DNA of 63,978 nucleotides, filler included, from Saprolegnia diclina VS20 (lineage: Eukaryota), in the NCBI RefSeq assembly GCF_000281045.1. It is 6 parts of one record of this genome, joined end to end, with 100 filler letters (N's around TTAATTAATTAA, not from the genome) between each part and the next. Parts side by side here need not be neighbours in the genome. Positions count along the whole stretch, not along the records: positions 1 to 18,324 come from NW_008246078.1; 5 more parts are not named here. One strand, written 5' to 3'. The position numbers were made by a program, and so were the translations under genes. Positions 1 through 12,117 of this stretch are shown here, piece by piece. How positions within the stretch are numbered: position 1 is the stretch's first letter; the number at the start of each line of letters is the position of its first letter. The notes under the pieces are model-generated. The model was not told where the DNA came from. It did not search any database and was given only the letters and a program-made list of their open reading frames with translations.

Positions 1-58
1 AGTCGGTCGCGCTCGATACACTTGCAATATGTAATACGTGGCAGGATTTTTCGTTAAT

Positions 59-721
59 TTAAAAGCAGCACCAGCAGTCGAACGGGCAGTCGGCCGTGTC
101 ACCACCCTGGTTGATGCGCAGCGATGCCGCTGTATAGATCGGGAGCCCGTCGGCGTCGTAGCGAACTAGAGACACAAGGCATTTGCGTGAGGCGCGACAA
201 AGGCGGTGGCAAGCGTACCTGGCACGGGGTTGGAGCTGTCGCTGTGCTTCATCTTGTCTACGCGTCCACAGATTTGCGTAAGGTCTAGCGACAAGAGAGG
301 ATGGAAGCGTACATTCGTTCTCGATCTTCTCGAGCTTCTTGCGGTACGCGAGTTTCTCGGCGCGCTCGTCGTCAAGCCGCTTTTGCTCGGCCGCAGTGTC
401 GGCCTGTGCCTTCTTCTTCTTGGCCTTCAAGCCCGAAAAGAGCGCGTCCAGCTCCATTTTGGCATCGACCTTGTCTTCGCCATCGTCTTCGGCGACGGCG
501 TCGACCTCAGCGTCGATAGCGTCATTGGTCTCGTCGGCGGCGGCCGCTTGCTTGGCCTTCTTCTTCTTCTTCTTGCTGCTCTTGGTGGCCGCCACGACGG
601 TATTGGTGGCCGCCACTTGGACAGTCGCCTGCTTGGCTTCAACCTTGGCAGCCGCCTTCTTGGCCTTGTTCGGCTTGATCTTCTGCACGAGCTTGCTCTT
701 CGTGGCGGGAGGCGGCGCCAT
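59..721 (-). CDS. DUF1764-family Lys/Ala-rich protein, 3 exons (721-313, 257-219, 165-59)
   Basis: C-terminus DGLPIYT...GGDTADCPFDCWCCF matches the DUF1764 signature; GT-AG introns 258-312 and 166-218 give a continuous frame from ATG 721. Confidence 0.85.
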   Translation of the reverse strand: MAPPPATKSKLVQKIKPNKAKKAAAKVEAKQATVQVAATNTVVAATKSSKKKKKKAKQAAAADETNDAIDAEVDAVAEDDGEDKVDAKMELDALFSGLKAKKKKAQADTAAEQKRLDDERAEKLAYRKKLEKIENECTLPSSLVARPYANLWTRRQDEAQRQLQPRARYACHRLCRASRKCLVSLVRYDADGLPIYTAASLRINQGGDTADCPFDCWCCF

Positions 722-1263
722 GAGCTGCGATATGTTGTTGCTGCTGATGACCACTGAAATGCACGCTGGCCACGTGATTGGGTAAAACCCAATAGCCAAC
801 GGCGGGATGCCATTGGTGGAGGGCATTGGGCTCATCGTGGATTGGCTGTTTCTCTCTAAGCTGTTTGATTGGATAAAAACACCTGCGTATGGACTGCTAA
901 CACGCCAGCTTAGCATGTCGATTTGTGTTCATGCTCGAAAACAATGCCTCTTTTCGATAACTACCCTCGCAAAACTAGCTAATTTATATATTTGGTTTTG
1001 GTGGTCTTATCGGTTGCGGCATTATCTAAACCAAGAAGACCTCGGTATGAGCCGTGAAGTTGTTTAAGTGGTGTGTTTTTAATCATTGGAAGCTTCGGCT
1101 GGGATTGGCCCTTTATGAGCACAAGCCTGGGGATTGGCTAAAACACATCGTCGCTTCGGATTGGTGAAAAAGCCGTCCCGTGCGATGCCATTGGGCCAAA
1201 CGCGCACGAGTTCGAATCCGTGGCTTGGAGACGCGGTAGTTTTCTTCGTACATCGTAGCCGCC

Positions 1264-1786
1264 ATGTCGACCCAAATGTTCGAGGACATCTTCGAGATCA
1301 AGCAGCTCAACCCGGAGGGCAAGAAGTTCGACCGCGGTACGTGGCATGCTACGCTCGCGATCTGGCTCATGCGCTCCTCTAGTCACGCGCCTTGTGTGCA
1401 AGGGCGTCTCGTACGAGCTCGAGCTCATGCTCGACATCAACTCGGAGGTCTTCCCGATGAAGGTGCACGAGCAGTTTACGTTTGCGCTTGTGAGCACGCT
1501 CGACCTCGATGGCAAGCCGGACGATGGCATCTTTGACCAGAGCGGCAAGGTACATATCGCCGCTATCGCTGCACACATTGATACTATGCATGTTTAGCCG
1601 TCGCTCCTCGACCGGTACGACTATGGCATGTACGGCAAGGTCTTCCAGTACGACCACGAAGGCGGCAACACGGTTGCGATCTTTGCCAGCTTTGGCGGTC
1701 TCCTCATGTGCTTGCGCGGCGACCAGTCGCATTTGCGCAACATCCACAACGGCACGCGCGTCTACTGCCTCTTGCGCCGCCAATAA
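1264..1786 (+). CDS. RPB8: RNA polymerase I/II/III shared subunit RPABC3 (Rpb8), 3 exons
   Basis: FEDIFEIKQLNPEGKKFDRV, LMLDINSEVFP, YDYGMYGKVF, SFGGLLM motifs; introns 1337-1382 and 1550-1597. Confidence 0.95.
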
Positions 1787-2049
1787 CTACTTTTATAACT
1801 ATGCTTCCTGCAACCCTGTGCATCGACTACAGTTGTGTTGCCAGATTTTGGCGTCGACGATTTGCGCACGTACACGTCAGCGTACTGCGTCAAGGCGACT
1901 GCTGGCACTTAGGACCACTCCATTCAGGCGACAGCTACGGTGAACGCTGGCGGCTTGTGGCAATACCCAACAGCCATACATCCATGCGACTTGGCGATGT
2001 CATTTGCATGTACCAGAATGTTTCCTGCATGTACAGAACGTGTTTTGCC

Positions 2050-2367
2050 TTACTGGCGACGCTTGCGCTCGTCCGAGCCCTGCTTCATCTTGTCCATGAT
2101 CTCTTCGCGCGTGTACTGCTGCGCGGGGTAGTTGATGTAGTCCATCTAACCAAGCATGACGCATGAGTGGCGCAGGCGAAATCGATGTTGCGTACCTTTT
2201 GGACGGCCGCCGTGACAATCTCGGGCTGCATGTAGACGTAGGTGACGCCAATGGGCACTAGGCGCAGACACAGCCATGAGCATTGTACATGTCGACCTCG
2301 CAAGCAGTCGCATACTCGTGACGTAGACCGCGAACTTGAAGGCTTCGAGCAACTTTGATCGGGACAT
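2050..2367 (-). CDS. PET100: PET100-like cytochrome c oxidase assembly factor, 3 exons
   Basis: Spliced product MSRSKLLEAFKFAVYVTMPIGVTYVYMQPE...MDYINYPAQQYTREEIMDKMK resembles plant/protist PET100 (LE.xKF..YV..P); introns 2258-2315 and 2146-2195. Confidence 0.65.
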
Positions 2368-3017
2368 GGCTGGGCTCTTCCTTCGACTTCTTTGGAACTG
2401 CCGCAAATGGCCTGCCAAAAGCTGCAACTCGTTTTTATGTGGCGTTATCTTGGCGTTTGTATGTGGTATTCAATTCCTTTCGGAGGCCTATGATTGGCTT
2501 CTTTTCAAAAGCACGCATGCGATTGGATAAAAGCTTGGACGGCAAGCCAGCCGATTACTCCGGTCCATGCGTCGAACTGTGTTTAAACGCGTTGAACCCA
2601 TGGGCGCTTTCCCGCCGTTGCCTGGGAACCCGCGACACCTGAGCACCACCACCGACTTGGATGACGCCTGCGCCATGGAATATGGACTTGAACGTATATG
2701 CATAGCATTCGATTGCGATGGCTCTCCTGCGACAGAGTCTTTTAGCCTCCAAGCTTCATCTCCAAAACCTGCTTGCAGATGAACCGAAGTAGTCGATGGA
2801 GTCGGCCGACTTTTCGCGAGCTGCAGTCGCTGCCGAGGAGACATTGCTCTTGCGATGCTATGTTAGTCGCAATATCCCATCTCTTCGTTCCATCAAGACG
2901 ATGAACGCTGCAGGCGAAGTCCCGTGTCGTCCGTGCAAGGCCTCTGCGTTGAATGCGGTTAAATAGGTATATCAAAGTGCACTGTGGTTTAAACCAAAAG
3001 CCCGCCAAGCCAAAGCC

Positions 3018-4166
3018 ATGGCAGCAGCATTGCGCTGGTACAATGACGTGCTTGGCGCGCCGCGCTTTGTCTGCGCGCCAATGGTCCGCGCGTCCGAACT
3101 TGCATTTCGCTTGCTCACGAGAGAGCTCGGGTGCGACCTCACGTTCTCGCCCATGCTGCACGCAACCGAGCTCGTCGCGGCCGCAGCCGCTGCACCCTCC
3201 GGCACCGACATCTCAATGGCATTTCTCGACACATCGCCGACGGATCGGCCACTCATCGTCCAACTCTGTGGCAACGATCCGACCGCGCTTGCCGCCGCTG
3301 TCCGACTCGTCCAACACCGCTGCGATGGCATCGACCTCAACCTCGGCTGCCCGCAGCGCTGCGCTGAAATTGGTGGTTTTGGCGCCTACTTGCTCGAGGA
3401 GCCCGACACCATCGTGTCGATCGTACGCGCCATGGTTGCAGCGTCCAGCACTCCGATCTCGTGCAAGATTCGTCTCCTGCCATCGCTTGACGACACGATT
3501 GCGCTGGCCAAAGGGTACCTTCGACACCTCCTACCAAGCTCAATGTCTTCTAGGATTGAAGCTGCGGGCGCCGCCATGCTCACGGTTCATGGCCGCCTCC
3601 GCGCCCAGCGCCACCACGAAGGTATCTGCAATTGGGACGCAATCGCAGCCGTGCGCAAGGCAATTGCGATCCCAATGATCGCGAACGGCGGCATTCGCTC
3701 GCGCGCCGAGGCCGACGCATGCCTCGCAGCGACCGGGTGCCAAGCCGTCATGGCCGCGACTGGCCTCTTGGAGAACCCGAGCATCTTTGCGGTCGAGACC
3801 CATAGCATCTACGACGTCGCGCTGCGCTACTTGGCGATCGTTGCCGAGCAGCCGCGAACGTTGTACGCGACGGCCGCGCGGGACCACGTGCTCACCATGT
3901 TCCGGCACAAGTACCGAGACCAAGACATGGATGTCTTCAGCGTCCTCGGGCACCACAACGTGCTCTTGCCATCGCAGCTCGAGGCGGTCATCGGGCACAT
4001 TGCCGCTCGGAATGGCGATGTCATTGACACGCGGTATGGCGAGACGCTGCCGACGCTGCGTGCGATTCGGTACAACACGCTGGCGCCGACCGCCGACAAC
4101 GACGATCAAGAGCAAGATGACGACGAGGACAGTCTTGGGTTTGCGTGGATGGGCGACGATGAGTGA
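3018..4166 (+). CDS. tRNA-dihydrouridine synthase (DUS family)
   Basis: APMV, DRPLIVQL, GIDLNLGCPQ, CKIR, LTVHGR, IANGGI motifs; probable short in-frame intron near 3514-3552. Confidence 0.93.
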   Translation: MAAALRWYNDVLGAPRFVCAPMVRASELAFRLLTRELGCDLTFSPMLHATELVAAAAAAPSGTDISMAFLDTSPTDRPLIVQLCGNDPTALAAAVRLVQHRCDGIDLNLGCPQRCAEIGGFGAYLLEEPDTIVSIVRAMVAASSTPISCKIRLLPSLDDTIALAKGYLRHLLPSSMSSRIEAAGAAMLTVHGRLRAQRHHEGICNWDAIAAVRKAIAIPMIANGGIRSRAEADACLAATGCQAVMAATGLLENPSIFAVETHSIYDVALRYLAIVAEQPRTLYATAARDHVLTMFRHKYRDQDMDVFSVLGHHNVLLPSQLEAVIGHIAARNGDVIDTRYGETLPTLRAIRYNTLAPTADNDDQEQDDDEDSLGFAWMGDDE

Positions 4167-4714
4167 TCTGGCGTCGATAATGTGACAGTACTGCGAACGT
4201 TTTTGAGAGTGTGAGCTTGTCGAGGTGGTCGCAATACTTGGGGCAACTGACATGGGAACACTCGGTGACTCATTGCCGGCCAACTTCCATTCTGTTGGCA
4301 GTTGTAGATGACAAACCTAGTACATGATGGTGACCGAGAGGAGCAAGATTAACTGACTTCTAGTCAGTAGAACGCTCTAGAAGCATACGTGGTGGTTGGT
4401 TCTGCATAGAGGCAAGAGTGCAATGCAAGGTCCTTGCGTGGTATCCCTTGTTGGACTGAGGCTCTTATGTGCCTAGACGCGAGTGGCTTGGTGCTAGGAC
4501 AGTCGCTGATGCTGATGCTGGTGCTATGGATGTGCCAAGCAGGAGAGTGGCGCGGTTGCTTCCCATTGGAGCCCCGGCTCTGCCGCGGCTGTTGTTGGAC
4601 CTTGAGGCAGCGTCGAGATGGATGTTGTCTCCTCATCACATTGCATGTTGGATCGTTAACTCGCGTGGACGAGGGAGGCGTCCTGGATCTATCTTCTATA
4701 TACGGGTGGAAACA

Positions 4715-5188
4715 CTAAAAACTGGGCGGCGCCAACTGCTGCTCGCTCGTGTCAATGCCGTGCTCGTCGACAAAGTCTTGGGGCGGCGGCGTGAGCATCT
4801 TGCCGACCATGATGCCAAGGCCTTCGATCAACGCGAGGAGCGCACCACCAATGACGGCCTGCGTGAACGCGACGCGCGGGCCCGACCGGATCGCAAGGGC
4901 GCCACCCGTGAGCGCACCGGCGCAGATCGAGTTCCACGGATCTTCCTTCTGACGAATGGCCGCGAGCGAGCAGTCGAAGGACGAGAAGAGGCAACCCCAG
5001 ATCGCAAACTGACCGGCGAGCAGCGGCGAGCGCGCCTTGACCGCGTACACCGCGCCGCGGAAGCGCTCGCCCGGCGGCGAGTTGCGTGCGCCCTTGATCG
5101 AGTGGAAGATGCCACCGCCGACGGCGCCCATGCCAAAGGCGCCGCCCATGTCTTCGATGATGCGGTACGGACACGGCTCACGGTCCAT
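4715..5188 (-). CDS. TIM17: Mitochondrial inner membrane translocase subunit Tim17
   Basis: [40 protein letters not shown] motifs; intronless ORF. Confidence 0.96.
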   Translation of the reverse strand: MDREPCPYRIIEDMGGAFGMGAVGGGIFHSIKGARNSPPGERFRGAVYAVKARSPLLAGQFAIWGCLFSSFDCSLAAIRQKEDPWNSICAGALTGGALAIRSGPRVAFTQAVIGGALLALIEGLGIMVGKMLTPPPQDFVDEHGIDTSEQQLAPPSF

Positions 5189-6123
5189 CTTGCTCGACTG
5201 CGGCGATTTCGCGTTTGGGGACGTCAGCTACGCTTACTGGACCAATAACTCTGCCGCATGCCATTGGCCAAAAAGGTGCAATAGACAGCCTTCCGCGTCT
5301 TTGATTGGTAGAAATCTAGGAGGAGGGTCCTTCGATTTGCTTCGAAAGAATCCTACAATGCTTTTGTTTATTCGCAATACATTTATAGAGTATAAAGCGA
5401 TGAAATAATATACCGCGGCCGACGACCAGCCCCATGACGTGATGCACATCACCCAGAAAGCCACGCGAAGGCAACCCTAGCCATGCTGCCTCGAGTGCAC
5501 GCGCGTTGCCAAATGCATAGCTCATTGCTCAACTATACAAGCTACTTGAATTTATATATAAGATCCTAATACAGTAGTCTGTACTTTGCGTGCCAGTCTG
5601 CAGTGTAGTGTCACGGAAGCGAGCGCTCGTCGCTGAAAAGGGCCGACTGCAATTGCAACTCAAACTCAAAGCGTGGCGGTCCACTTACTTTGAGAAAAAC
5701 TCTATTCTCTTCCGGGCGTCTTGGTGCGTGGGTTTGTCTTGTCCACAACGTCCACTTCCCATGCACGAGGTTTCGACGTCCAAGATGAAGCCGAGGTCGT
5801 ATGGACCCGCCAAGGACACAGTCGTCGAGCGCGCAGCGTACGCCCAAAGCAAGGGAACTTTTGACCCAAAAGACAGCGCTCCCTGCACCAGTTCTACAAT
5901 GAGCAGCAAGCGTATAAGGTATAGAAGTACATTTTAGAGCTAGAAGTACCAACGCGCAAAAACAAATGCGGAGGTGGCAGCCCACCACAATGCTAGCAGC
6001 TACCTTGCTCTTGCAGCCATTGTTCTTGGTTTGCCTGGTGTCTGTCTCGAAGTTGGTGCTATGGACGCTTGCGTAACGCAGTAGAAAGGACAAAAACGGT
6101 CTCATAACGGCTCGGCGTCGAGG

Positions 6124-8175
6124 ATGAAGAAGGCGGCGGCCAAGGACAAGCCGCCCAAAAAGTCGGTGGCCGAGGTGCCCAAGGCTGCCGAGATCGCGCC
6201 CAAGGCAAAAGCCAAGGCCGAGTCTGCCAAGGCCACAAAGGAGGCGCCTGCCTCTGCCAAGTCCCACCGCGACTCGGTGCCGTTCGCTGCCATCGACGAC
6301 GAAGCCGTGCCAAAGGCGGTGCACGTGGCCGAGGCCACAGAGGACGTGGTGCTCTCGGTGCTCGACATTGTGGTCGCTGAAACGATGGCCGCCATTCCGC
6401 ACCACGAGCGCGTCGGACGATGTGTACGACAACCTGTCTTCTTTTAACGCAGCCGTTGACCCAGTCGTAGGTGACGTTTACGGTCGATGCCATGGTCACG
6501 CTAGCCTACGCCACCGTGCACATGGGCTGCGACGTGACGTACGATGACGAGCTTTCGTGGATCGGGTCGCCCGAGCCCGAGGTTTGCGCCGGCCCCATCG
6601 ACCGGTGCGTCTTGGCCGCGTGTATCGATGCCCATTTCTCTGCTGTAGCTACGCTGTTTTGTCGCTGCCACGCAAAGACATGAGCACGCGACCGCCCAAG
6701 CACTTTGCGAGCACGGGCGACGGCACGCGCAGCCTCTCGCGTACGCACTCGGAGCGGTCGATCTCTCGCACGGGCAAGCGGCCTTTGGCGCTCGGTGCCG
6801 CGGCACCACCCATTGAAGTTGCCCCCGCGGCCGCGCCCAAGGAGATACCCCGCGTCACACGTGTGCACTACCCGTCCGAAGTCATGACCGAGGTGCGTCG
6901 TCACGATACGTGTGGACACGTTGTCTTATGCGGACTAGGACCGACGGCGGTGGCGGCAAGAATGCATGGACCGGTTGGCGGCCACGGCACAGACCAAGTC
7001 CCGCTGGGGTCGTGTGTCGTTGATTCGGCGCGTGATCAATACGATCCAGACCGACCCCGATAGCATCACCGAACTCGACACGAGCGTAGGCCATTTTATG
7101 TCGAGTAAGTACGAAGTGTCTCGATGCGTAGGCGGCACCGCCACCGACGGCACTCGAGATGACGGCAGTCGCAACCGTCCTCGAGCGCAACCAGCCAGAC
7201 GACACAGCATCCCTGTATATACCGACGGCGCGTGAAAGTATGGTGCTGGACGAAGCGTCGGTGAAAGGCGACGACGTATCGGTCAGGACGGTGCGGCATG
7301 GGAAGAGCCGCCTGCACCGGTCCGGGTCGCTCGAGTCACCGCATGTCAAGAAGCCGCCAAAAGCGGCCAACTGGTTCTACGACAAGACCGCCACGGAAAA
7401 CGAACTCAAAGAGACCGAGCAGGCGTACGAGCCGCTCATGTCGGAATTCCAGCGCGACAAATTCCCGCAGTCGATCGAGCTCAACGCGGGCGTGACGTTG
7501 ATCCACGGTTCGATCCTACGCAGGAACACAATTGTTGAAATTGTTTTTTGAAAATACATGTAGGGGTCTCGGTGTACACGGGGCCGCACCGACAAGAATC
7601 GCCGCACTCCATGTCTCGAAAAGGCTTTCGGGTACGTGGACGCGTCCAAACGCCAAGAAAATCGGAAAACTGGCGTAGAAACACCTGAGTTTACCGCAAA
7701 GTGGGCCCAACAAGGTCAAATTGACGTCGCTCTCGTCGGCGTCGCCCACGTTTTCGGAAATTCACGATACGGACGCAAGCCCAAACGCGTCCCCACGATC
7801 CGAATTCTCGCTCCACACGACACCGCGAAGAAGTTCCCTCAGCTCAAATCGACCCAACCTCAATTCCCCCGAATCCGTCAAAGTCCGACCGACCAAGGTA
7901 AGGTTACCTACACAAGGTTGAGGCGAGTTGCACCTCTTTTGCCATCATCTCTAGACGCCGCTCCATCAACACAGCCCTGCGATCCGCGTCCGCGTGTCGC
8001 CCATGAAGGCCGACACACCCAACGCTCGGCCATCCGTCCGCGAGCAATACGTCACCCACGGCGACTCGGTAGCTATATTTTGTGTATAAAGGATGTGGTA
8101 GCATCGAATTTTCGTAGGTTGGTGTCTTGGACATCCCAAAGAAGCGACCTGCCACCGCACTCGGCGCGCTACTGA
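6124..8175 (+). CDS. Uncharacterised multi-exon protein, weakly reminiscent of C2orf81/DUF4639-like proteins; boundaries approximate
   Basis: Successive GC3-rich + strand ORF segments (6124, 6471, 7159, 7636) separated by short GT-AG introns; W...EPE.C..PIDRYA and IELNAGVTL segments. Confidence 0.5.
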
Positions 8176-8832
8176 GCCTCGCACCCCAGACAACCTCCAT
8201 CAAGCGATCGACGGTACCGTTATCTCTGGTATAGGACAGCGAATTGGACTTGTATGCTGTAGAAGTCCAAGTACCTTCGAGAATTTCCGAAGCCCAAGCC
8301 CGAAGTTGTCACTGTGCTCAAAGACGAGCCGCAGCGGATGGCATGGCTTGGCTAAGGCCGCTTATCCTAACTTTAATCCGACCTATTGCAGTTTTAGTGC
8401 TAGTAGACTCCGACGAGCAACTAAAGCAAAATAGCCTCGTCGAACGCACTGCACCGAACTCGTATCGACTTGCTTTTGAAAAGGAACTGCTGCCAAACGA
8501 TCAAGGCAGCGAAGGACGAGGCGGTGTCATCGTGGAAGCCATCGAGTGTTTATTGTATAGCGTGTTCAGCCTTGATACAGAAAGTATAGCCGGAAAGCTG
8601 TTGCGATCGTGAGCGGTCGCGTCCGATCCTGGGGTCGTCGCGACACCCCCTTTTCGACATGCAATCGGTTACGTTGCGTCGTTTTAAAAATGCATACAAA
8701 CACCAAGCTAATATATTTGTATTTCTAAGCCAAGAAGCCGGATAGCGATCGCCGTATCCGGTGAAACGGACGCGGAGGTTTGATGCGGATCTCGGAAATA
8801 GCCCAGAGCCCGTGTTTCCGTCGGCGCCGTAT

Positions 8833-9770
8833 ATGGCCGAGATCAACTACTACGACGGCGACCTCTCGGAGGCGCTGTCGACGCTCGATGGCATCATGGC
8901 GCGGCTGGCCAAGGCGCCGCCGGCCGTACGCGGCGAGGTCGACCGAGCGATGGGCGCCACGCCTGGGCTCATGCCGGCCATAGGTGCTGGCCGAGGCCGA
9001 GAAGAAGCTCAAGGAAGTGGTCGACCTCAAGAAGGGCTACACACTCGCGCTGCGCCAAGTCACGGACCGCGAAGAGATCAAGGTGTTTCGCGAGGTAGAG
9101 ACAACGACGCTGTGCACGTTGGTCCTGAGCGTCAAGTAGAAAAATGACGTGTACGCGGCGCGGGTCGAAGAGCTCACGCGTGAAGTCAAGTGGGCCAAGT
9201 CCGAGACCGAGCGCAACGGCCTCTTTGGCGACGCCAAGGTCAACGCGGCCAAAATGCCCACGGGCAACCGCGAAATGCTCGGGAAAGCGCAGGAAATCCA
9301 AACGAAAACGGAAATTTCGCTCAAAAACACGCAAAAAATGGTCGAAGCGTCGAAAGACGTGGCGCTCGCGACGGGCGAAGTGCTCCGCGAGCAGCGCAAC
9401 CAAATCAACGCGATCACGGAAGAGGTCATGCGCATGGACGACGGCCTCGTACGCGCCAACAAGGTAATCTTTTGCAAATCGATTTCATCGTCAGGACGCG
9501 GGTTGTTGCTAGCTGCTCCGAACGTTTGGCCGGCGCATGGCCACCGATCGCGTCATTCTTGTGTTTACGTTTTTTGTCTTTGCCGGCGTGGCCGGCATCA
9601 TTATCTACTCCAAGCTCAACCCCAACCAAACGATGTTCTATGTCCCCGACCAAGTCAAGCCGCCGGACCCGAGTAGGCCATTCCCTTTGCCTTGGACAGG
9701 AACTTAGCCTGGATGTATAGACGCAGCGATCAATGCGACCTCGACGTTTCTGAATTCGACACTCAAGTGA
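8833..9770 (+). CDS. Qb-SNARE (NPSN/Vti1-like) with C-terminal TM helix, about 5 exons
   Basis: N-terminal helical bundle, SNARE heptad (SKDVALATGEVLREQRNQINAI), LLRTFGRRMATDR followed by hydrophobic TM VILVFTFFVFAGVAGIIIY. Confidence 0.8.
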
Positions 9771-10146
9771 CACGTATCTTGTACGTTGCCACCGTCAAAC
9801 CACCCTCTGCTGCCTGTGTGATTGCAATATGAAGAGGCCTTTTCTCCTTGTTTGTCGCGCGTGATCGACACCACGAGGTCTGTACGAGGCATGACGCCTT
9901 TTGTGCGGCTGCGGAGACATGCACGTTCTCTGCACTAATCTTTCTGCGTTCCTTGTGGAGGTCGCGCTTGCGAAAGACTTTGCTACTACTAGTACGACCA
10001 ATCGAGTCGGCTCTGGGCGAGGGTTGGACTATTTTCTCGGCATGTCAGAACACCTTATTGGCGTCTTATTGCGCTTGACCGAATACGAATCTTATTGATT
10101 GCAACACTATAAACTTATTGCGTGATTCCTTTAATTTGGGTCGGCG

Positions 10147-11249
10147 CTATTCGTCCGAGTCGGACCCACTCGCCTCGTCGTCCGAGTCCGAGTCGTCGGA
10201 CCCATCGTCGTTGGAGCTCGTTTCACTTTCGTCCTCGGAAGCCGAAGCAGGTAGAATGTCGTCGAGCTGGTATAGACCGCTGAGCTTGGCGAGATGGCCC
10301 CGCTTGGAAACACCGATCGCCGTAAGGTCTTCCATCGAGAGTCCGTGGTCTTTGATGAAGCCAAGGTCGTCGTACCCCGCCGTGTCAAATAGAGAAATGT
10401 ACATCTCGAGCCCGACTGCGCGCAGCCACGCATGGACTTGGTTGTCGTTTGGCTCGACGCCAGGCCGTGTGGACTCTACCAGAATATTCATATCAATATA
10501 CCTCCCGAATGAGGTTTTACCTTTGACGCTCGCTGGTACCAAGAGAGCCGCGATGGCAAGGTGGCCTTGGGCGATCGCACACTCGTGCGGAAGTGTTCCA
10601 GCCTATATTTTTTGAATCGTAAACGAATAATACGAGTATGAAAAATACTGCTGAAGGAAGCTGCTTGGCGTTTGCTTGTACAAGCAATTGCACCATGCGC
10701 ATGTTGCCTAGCGTCGCAGCCAGATGCAAACACGTACGACCGTGCTACGAGTCGGTTGCAGCTAATATCGAATGTCATTCAAAGGACCTCGTCGACAGCG
10801 TCGATGGTGGCGCCGTGGGCGAGCAGTCGCTGGGCGACCTCGATTTGATCAAATTTGACAGCCACGTGCAGCGCCGAGTAGCGTTGCTTGGTCTACGCCG
10901 CAACAGTTGACATTGCAAATGAAAATGCATCATCGCACACTGCCAGTGTCGTAGACAATACTGTTGTTGTTGTTGTTGCTTGTGGCGCTTGTGAGCTGTG
11001 CTTCGACGAGACCAATGTCGCCAATAGCGGCAGCGTACATGAGCGCGGTCCAGACGAGCGACCCCGTGGGCGAGCCCGCGTCGAGGTGCGTCACGGCCAC
11101 GTCCATGGAATGTGCGATCTTGAAGAGGTGTGTTTGGAAGTTCGCGCTCCTCGAGTGCAGACAAGATACTGATACGTGGAGTTGCTCGTCGCTGCGCGCC
11201 CACGTTCGCGCACTCTGAACTCTTCAAACGGGACGACACCTACCATGCA
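10147..11249 (-). CDS. Ankyrin-repeat + SAM-domain protein with acidic tail; start codon uncertain
   Basis: Ankyrin motifs TALMYAA, SALHVAV, TCLHLAA; SAM motif VHAWLRAVGLEMYISLF...DLTAIGVSKRGHLAKL; D/E/S-rich C-terminus. Confidence 0.8.
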
Positions 11250-11404
11250 TACCGGTACGGTGCCTCTTTTGCTCCGAATAAGTAGTCGTGCAATGGCTGG
11301 GACAAGGCGGCTTGCCAGTGCGTTGGCGTGGCCGATCAGCCCGTTGCGAGCGGCTCATCGACCCGTGTCGCCCTTTGTCTTGTATATTGCGTGATTCTCA
11401 CGGT

Positions 11405-11932
11405 ATGGACTCGTTCATTACGGCCTTCCGCGCGCGGCACGACTTGGCCATGGACGAAATGCGTCGTCTGTCGCCTTCTGGAACTACCCTCTTGGGCGCC
11501 GTGGACAGCATGCTCGTGCGCTACGCGTGTTGCGCACTGGTGCTCCTGGGTGGCGTCTACGTTGCCACCACTCGACTACCGCTTCTCACGTACGCGACTG
11601 CGATCTACGCGAGCGTCGTAGGTCTTGCGTTTGCCCATGCTCTGGGGATGCCTGCGCAGTACGAAGTCGTTTTGGCGCCGCTGCTCGCAGCGCTTGCAGC
11701 CTCACACCCAGCTCACGCCCGCCTTGGGCTCGCTCTTCTCTTAAGCGCTACCTTGTGGACACAATTCTACGCGTCGACAACGGTGACGTTGATCAAAGAC
11801 GCCGTTGCAGGTGTCCTGGATCATCTCATCATACCTTGGCTCGTCCGCAGCGAGCTGCAGGCGCATCTTTATGCCGCTGCGCCCTTTATGCTTGCGCTCG
11901 TTAGCGCCGCTTGCATTGTCCTGTATTGGTAA
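11405..11932 (+). CDS. Small uncharacterised polytopic membrane protein (paralog A)
   Basis: 175-aa intronless hydrophobic ORF; clear homology to 15662-16192 (DS.LVRYA.C.LVL.G, TRLP.LTY, QYEVVLAPL.AA.A.SHP, SAT.WTQ.Y). Confidence 0.7.
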   Translation: MDSFITAFRARHDLAMDEMRRLSPSGTTLLGAVDSMLVRYACCALVLLGGVYVATTRLPLLTYATAIYASVVGLAFAHALGMPAQYEVVLAPLLAALAASHPAHARLGLALLLSATLWTQFYASTTVTLIKDAVAGVLDHLIIPWLVRSELQAHLYAAAPFMLALVSAACIVLYW

Positions 11933-12117
11933 TATGAAAACCACTTGGTCCATCGATTATCCATTCCGGTTTTTGCCCTTTGGTATGCATGTGACTGTGA
12001 TTGGGCCAAATCGAATCGGCGGCCCGACGCTTGTAAAGGCGCCACGTCATGTGATAGAAGCCACAGCATGATATAAAGGAGTAAACATTATTTGTGTCTA
12101 TTAAATGCAAATCAATT